Below are positions 46,933 through 51,427 of a stretch of 51,427 bases of DNA, in pieces (positions within the stretch are counted from its first letter, which is position 1; each line of letters starts with the position of its first letter). The translations under genes and the position numbers were made by a program. The stretch comes from Chitinophagaceae bacterium. Lineage in GTDB: Bacteria > Bacteroidota > Bacteroidia > Chitinophagales > Chitinophagaceae. The notes beneath the pieces were generated by a model, which worked only from the letters and a program-made list of their open reading frames with translations, was not told the origin of the DNA and ran no database searches. The stretch is taken from the NCBI GenBank assembly GCA_014380425.1, contig JACMJX010000073.1, forward strand, positions 1-51,427. The letters run 5' to 3'.

Positions 46933-47423
46933 CCATAGCTGACCGAATGCAAATTATTGGTGCCTTATTAATGATCGTAGTACTGTTTTTGATCATCTCA
47001 TTACGTTGTACGGTGCTCCGGTGAATGACAAACCGGAGTTACCGCTGCAATTTAAAAGTGTTAAAGTTTTTCAATATCCTGTAAACGCGTTTGCTTGCCT
47101 GGAACCGGGTGTTGCCTATCTGCTTTCACAGGCAACAGCGCAGCCAAGACGCTAAAGACGAACTACTTTTCTTCTTTGATAGCCTGAAAAAAGACGCTTT
47201 ATCTCTGGATGCGGGAGCAGGTGAAGCTAATAAGCTGCTCCCAAAGAAGTACCCTAAAAACATCCTATTCAGGGAGTAACTGCTAAAATTTCGCTTCGAG
47301 GCATCGCAGGGGTAGTTCTCAGTATTTTATTATTTCTTACCTTACGCCTCGCAAAAGCAGTTGATAAAAAGGCATAAAAAGCTTCGGAATTATAAAACCG
47401 GCACTCCGGCCGCAGGTTAAAAG

Positions 47424-49679
47424 ATGTGGACTTTGAAAGTACAGGGTGAAAAATATTATTTGATCATTATTCTTATAGTGATCTCCGTTGCTTTACATGC
47501 GCAACAGAATAACCGGCCAAGGATAGGGCTTACTCTTAGTGGCGGTGGCGCCAAAGGCCTTGCGCATATAGGTCTCCTCAAAGCCATCGATTCCGCAGGG
47601 CTGAAAATTGACTATATTACGGGAACCAGTATGGGGGCCATTCTTGGAAGCCTTTATGCAGTGGGCTACTCTTCCGCAGCCATCGAGAAGATCGTAAGGG
47701 CCACTGACTGGGATCTACTTATCAGCAACCAATCTTCCCTTCGCAGTATTTATATGGAAGAAAAAGATGAATATTCTAAATATGTGCTGGAACTACCCTG
47801 GCAAAACAATCGTCTGAATCTCCCCATCGGCCTGCTCACTGGTCAGGAATTATGGCTGAAGTTCTCCGAGCTTTTTTATCCGGTGTATAATCAGAAAAAC
47901 TTTTCTAGCTTCAGTATCCCTTTCAGGTGTATAGGCACGGATGTAGGTACTGGCGAGGCTGTAGTTATGAAAGAGGGTGAAATCATCTCTGCCATCCGCG
48001 CAAGCATGGCCATTCCTTCTCTTTTTACTGCCGTGGACTTCAATGGAAGAAAACTGGTAGACGGAGGCATCGTCCGCAATTTCCCTGTACGCGACGTGAA
48101 AGAAATGGGAGCAGATATAGTAATTGGCAGTAATGTGGCAAATGCTCTTATGCCTTCCGAAAAAGTAAGAAATGCCCTTCAGATCCTCCTGCAAGTAGCT
48201 TTTTACCGCGAGGCTGAAGATACCCGGATAGAAGTACCGCTTTGTGATATTTACGTACCGTTCGAGCTCAACAAATTTAGCATGGGCAGCTTTACAGATG
48301 CGAATAGCATCCTGGAAGTAGGCATTCAAAGAGGTCGTGAACTCTATCCAATATTTAAAAAACTGGCAGAGTCCCTGGACGCTATTTACGGCCGCTCTGA
48401 TTTTAAAGAGAACAGATTACCCGAAACCCCCAAGGTTAGAATTGTGTCTTATGAAGTACAGGGTGTTGATAAAACTTCAGCAGATTTCTTCCTGCATACA
48501 TTAGATATCAAAAACAACGCCTACTATAGCGCATCCAAATTGGCTGATATGGTTCGCCAGGCCTATGGAACCCGGTATTATAGCAAGGTGATCTACTCTC
48601 TTATTCCCCAGACAGACAGTACCTGTAAAATTCTATTCGAGGTAACGGAGAATCCTTTCAACTACGTAAAATTAGGCCTGCACTATAATAAGTTTAGTGG
48701 CGTAGGGGTTGTCGGCAACATCACTGCCAGAAATTTTCTCATTAGAAACTCACGAAGCCTCGTTTCCATTAACCTGGGAGAGAGCTTCCGGGTAAGAGGA
48801 GAACATCTACAGTATATTGGCAGACGGAAAAACTTTGCAGTAGTATTGGACACAGAACTCGATCGCTTCGACGTTCCTACCTACGACAAATACCGCCAGG
48901 ACGGTGTCTATAAACAAAACTATTTCAGGATCGGCGGCCGTACCCAGTTTTCTACCAGAAGGCAGCTCTCCCTGGGGTTGGGCTCCCGCTTCGAGTGGTT
49001 ACATTACAGACCTGTCATCAACTCCAATTTCGAGTTCCGTGGAAGAAATAATTACGTTACTACATTCTTCTATCTGTCACACAATTCCCTCGACAAAGCT
49101 GTTTATCCCCGGAAAGGGATTCGGCTGGATGCTGAAGCGGGACTGGTATCCGGACAGAAAACCAGCATACGGTTTCTGGAAGACGGACAGCCTTCTGATA
49201 ACCCGGATCTTCCTACAGTGTCGGAAGAGCCTTACCGTCGTACATGGCTGAATGTGGAAGGATACACTTCCCTTAGTAAAAGAACTACTTTGCTGATGAA
49301 TCTTCAAACAGGTGTCAATTTTGGCTATTCTAATAATGTCATGAATGAATTTGTAGTAGGTGGCTTAACCAGAATGTTCCGCAACCAGGTATTATTTAGC
49401 GGGCTTGTGGAAGGAACGGTATATACTCCGGCTGTAATGGCGTTGCAAGGAGGCGTGCGGTACCAAATGTTCCCCAGTACTTATATCACAGGCCGCAGCA
49501 ACATTTTGTTCAATAACTTCATTAGTAAAAGCGACCTATATAAAAATCCCGATTTCATGTCGGGTTATTCCCTCACGTTTTCCTATAACTTTGCACTGGG
49601 CCCCCTCGAAATAAGTGCCATGTACAGCGATCAGACGCGTAAAGTACAGAGCTATATAAACTTAGGCATACCGTTTTAA
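47424..49679 (+). CDS. Patatin-like phospholipase fused to an Omp85/surface-antigen-like beta-barrel (PlpD-like)
   Basis: SGGGAKG oxyanion motif, GTSMG nucleophile elbow, VDGG catalytic Asp, and a C-terminal beta-rich ~350 aa ending in NLGIPF. Confidence 0.85.
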   Translation: MWTLKVQGEKYYLIIILIVISVALHAQQNNRPRIGLTLSGGGAKGLAHIGLLKAIDSAGLKIDYITGTSMGAILGSLYAVGYSSAAIEKIVRATDWDLLISNQSSLRSIYMEEKDEYSKYVLELPWQNNRLNLPIGLLTGQELWLKFSELFYPVYNQKNFSSFSIPFRCIGTDVGTGEAVVMKEGEIISAIRASMAIPSLFTAVDFNGRKLVDGGIVRNFPVRDVKEMGADIVIGSNVANALMPSEKVRNALQILLQVAFYREAEDTRIEVPLCDIYVPFELNKFSMGSFTDANSILEVGIQRGRELYPIFKKLAESLDAIYGRSDFKENRLPETPKVRIVSYEVQGVDKTSADFFLHTLDIKNNAYYSASKLADMVRQAYGTRYYSKVIYSLIPQTDSTCKILFEVTENPFNYVKLGLHYNKFSGVGVVGNITARNFLIRNSRSLVSINLGESFRVRGEHLQYIGRRKNFAVVLDTELDRFDVPTYDKYRQDGVYKQNYFRIGGRTQFSTRRQLSLGLGSRFEWLHYRPVINSNFEFRGRNNYVTTFFYLSHNSLDKAVYPRKGIRLDAEAGLVSGQKTSIRFLEDGQPSDNPDLPTVSEEPYRRTWLNVEGYTSLSKRTTLLMNLQTGVNFGYSNNVMNEFVVGGLTRMFRNQVLFSGLVEGTVYTPAVMALQGGVRYQMFPSTYITGRSNILFNNFISKSDLYKNPDFMSGYSLTFSYNFALGPLEISAMYSDQTRKVQSYINLGIPF

Positions 49680-49802
49680 CTTAGAATATCTGTACACACA
49701 AAGCTATGTTGAAGGAAGCCGGCTCCTGCGCACCGCCTGCACTATCCATCCACCTGTTTTAATAATCGGGATATTTTGTTAATTTTGCCCTTTAACAATA
49801 AT

Positions 49803-51158
49803 ATGCCAACTCAAAAAAAACAATCCGTTACCGGATGGGGCAATTACCCCAGGGTAGAGTCATTCGTTCTGCCAGTAAGAGATATATCCGATGCCGGAAG
49901 GTCAGTTAAAGATGGCAATATTATCCCCCGCGGGCTAGGAAGAAGCTATGCAGACCAGGCTGTTAATGACGGCGGTAGAATAGCGGAATGTACTTTTATG
50001 AACCATTTCCTCAACTTTGATGAACAGGAGGGTATTCTGGAATGCGAAGCGGGCGCCAGTCTGGAAGAAATCATTAATGTATTTGTAGGTAAAGGCTGGC
50101 TGCCGATGATTTGTCCGGGTACAAAATTTGTTACCCTCGGAGGCGCCATTGCGAATGATATACATGGTAAAGCTCACCATACAGATGGTTCTTTTGTGAA
50201 CTGTGTGATCTCTTTCACAATACTTACTGCCAGTGGAGATATTCTCACTGCTTCCAGAACCGAAAACAGCGATCTTTTCTGGGCCAATTTCGGTGGCCTC
50301 GGATTACTTGGTATCATTGTCACTGCAAAGATTCGCCTCCGTAAAATTGAAACTACTTATTTCAGGCAGAAGTCAATAAAGATCAACAACCTCACAGAAA
50401 TGTTGGAGGCGCTCGAGCAGTACGATCATGAATTCAATTACTCAGTTGCATGGATAGACGCACTTGCTAAGGGCTCTAAATTAGGTAGTGGCGTGTTAAC
50501 ATTGGGCAATGCCGCAAAACTTTCAGAACTTCCGCCGGAGCTGCAGAAAGACCCGCTAAAATTACACAACACCTCAAAACTGTCTGTGCCCGTATATCTG
50601 CCCGATTTTTCACTGAATGGCGTAACAGTAAAAGTGTTAAACAAAGCTATCAGTATAGTGCAGAACTCATCTAAAAAGTTTGTGCATTACGAAAAGTTCT
50701 TTTTCCCGCTGGATGCTATTAATAACTGGAACAGGGGATATGGAAAAAGGGGATTTATCCAATACCAGTTTGTAATTCCTGTGGAGAACGGAAAGGAAAA
50801 CCTTATTAAGATACTTACCAGCATTGGCGAGAGCGGATGTATTCCTTTCCTGAATGTATTTAAGAAAATGGGTAAGGGACAAGGCATTCTTTCTTTTCCT
50901 TTCGAAGGATATACGCTGGCTATCGACTTTCCCATGACCAAACAACTCCCAGCGTTTATCCGGAAGCTGGATCAGGAGGTATTAAAAGCAAACGGCAGAA
51001 TTTATCTTGGAAAAGATGCAATGCTGGATAGCGAAACTTTTCGCCTTATGTACCCCCAATATAAAGAATGGCTGGCAATCAAAAAGAAATACGACCCTGA
51101 AAATATATTCACTTCAAATATCGGTAGGAGAATAAAATTAACTTCACACGCAGTATAG
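49803..51158 (+). CDS. FAD-binding oxidoreductase, DprE1-like
   Basis: RGLGRSYADQ and TLGGAIANDIHGKAHH resemble the DprE1/PCMH-type FAD-binding signature. ATG 49803 is preferred over the TTG at 49776. Confidence 0.75.
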   Translation: MPTQKKQSVTGWGNYPRVESFVLPVRDISDAGRSVKDGNIIPRGLGRSYADQAVNDGGRIAECTFMNHFLNFDEQEGILECEAGASLEEIINVFVGKGWLPMICPGTKFVTLGGAIANDIHGKAHHTDGSFVNCVISFTILTASGDILTASRTENSDLFWANFGGLGLLGIIVTAKIRLRKIETTYFRQKSIKINNLTEMLEALEQYDHEFNYSVAWIDALAKGSKLGSGVLTLGNAAKLSELPPELQKDPLKLHNTSKLSVPVYLPDFSLNGVTVKVLNKAISIVQNSSKKFVHYEKFFFPLDAINNWNRGYGKRGFIQYQFVIPVENGKENLIKILTSIGESGCIPFLNVFKKMGKGQGILSFPFEGYTLAIDFPMTKQLPAFIRKLDQEVLKANGRIYLGKDAMLDSETFRLMYPQYKEWLAIKKKYDPENIFTSNIGRRIKLTSHAV

Positions 51159-51229
51159 TAATAGTAACCGATTGGAGCAAGACCATATTCCGGCAGTATC
51201 AGAGATCATAACTTCTGCTGAATAGCGAA

Positions 51230-51427
51230 CTACCGAAGCTCTGTTATAGCTGTTGGATAGGAAGCCAGTGCCAGTTCTGGTTCCTCTATCTCCGGATGCC
51301 ACAATTTCTCCCATTCAAAACTGTAAAATCCTTTGAAAGCTGCCTTATCCAATGCGGTGATAGCTGCTTTTAAAGGAGCCACTCCTTTTCCTATCAATAC
51401 ATACTTCATGTGCTCGCTCTCCCACAC
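51230..51427 (-). CDS. Sugar phosphate isomerase/epimerase (xylose-isomerase-like TIM barrel), C-terminal fragment
   Basis: The C-terminal GFYSFEWEKLWHPEIEEPELALASY is typical of this family. The gene continues past the right edge. Confidence 0.6.
   Translation of the reverse strand: MWESEHMKYVLIGKGVAPLKAAITALDKAAFKGFYSFEWEKLWHPEIEEPELALASYPTAITELR

Noticed and set aside
47146-47198. AAGACGCT repeated 45 nt apart in the second long gap
   Set aside because: A single 8-mer repeat with no phasing or further copies is compatible with chance.
1-51427. Looked for CRISPR-like regularly spaced repeats, tRNA T-arm (GGTTCGAATCC-like) motifs, rRNA segments, transposase or integrase genes, and known defence-gene signatures
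   Set aside because: None was seen. The only tandem periodic repeats are the 11-nt units at 37064-37155, which are far too short and few for a CRISPR array.

Overview
This 51.4-kb chromosomal segment looks like Bacteroidota, probably Chitinophagia- or Sphingobacteriia-like. The supporting signs are a SusC/SusD pair under ECF-sigma/FecR control, many lipobox lipoproteins, LytS-type kinase/LytTR regulator pairs, and TAnnTTTG-type promoter boxes. About 40 densely packed protein genes encode mostly envelope and housekeeping functions. From left to right they include: an LPS-core-like glycosyltransferase cluster with one in-frame TAG in the GT9 gene; a fasciclin lipoprotein; two LytTR two-component pairs; a tesA-like esterase divergent from a ybbA/ybbP-like ABC pair; a TolB/OmpA-like protein; pta-ackA; an enzyme-less sigma/anti-sigma/SusC/SusD locus; a TonB-dependent receptor divergent from a DtxR/MntR-family regulator; NDH-2; a rhomboid protease; an ECF sigma/anti-sigma/beta-barrel module; an RND tripartite efflux operon; a PlpD-like patatin-Omp85 protein; and a DprE1-like FAD oxidase. 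I found no rRNA, tRNA, CRISPR array, transposase, integrase, phage genes or recognisable defence genes. I could not identify a convincing new multi-gene system. The least explained signal is the 549-bp non-coding gap at 36716-37264. It holds a 100-bp element closed by 15-bp inverted termini (MITE-like or a structured RNA), followed by two sets of 11-nt-phased direct repeats just upstream of an ECF sigma operon. Secondary leads are the metalloregulator/TonB-receptor pair, whose near-centred palindrome overlaps a promoter box, and a perfect 10-bp inverted repeat between a LytTR pair and the RND operon. A 25-codon hydrophobic ORF sits right after the RND operon. All functional calls rest on motif recognition by eye. 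No database search was run.
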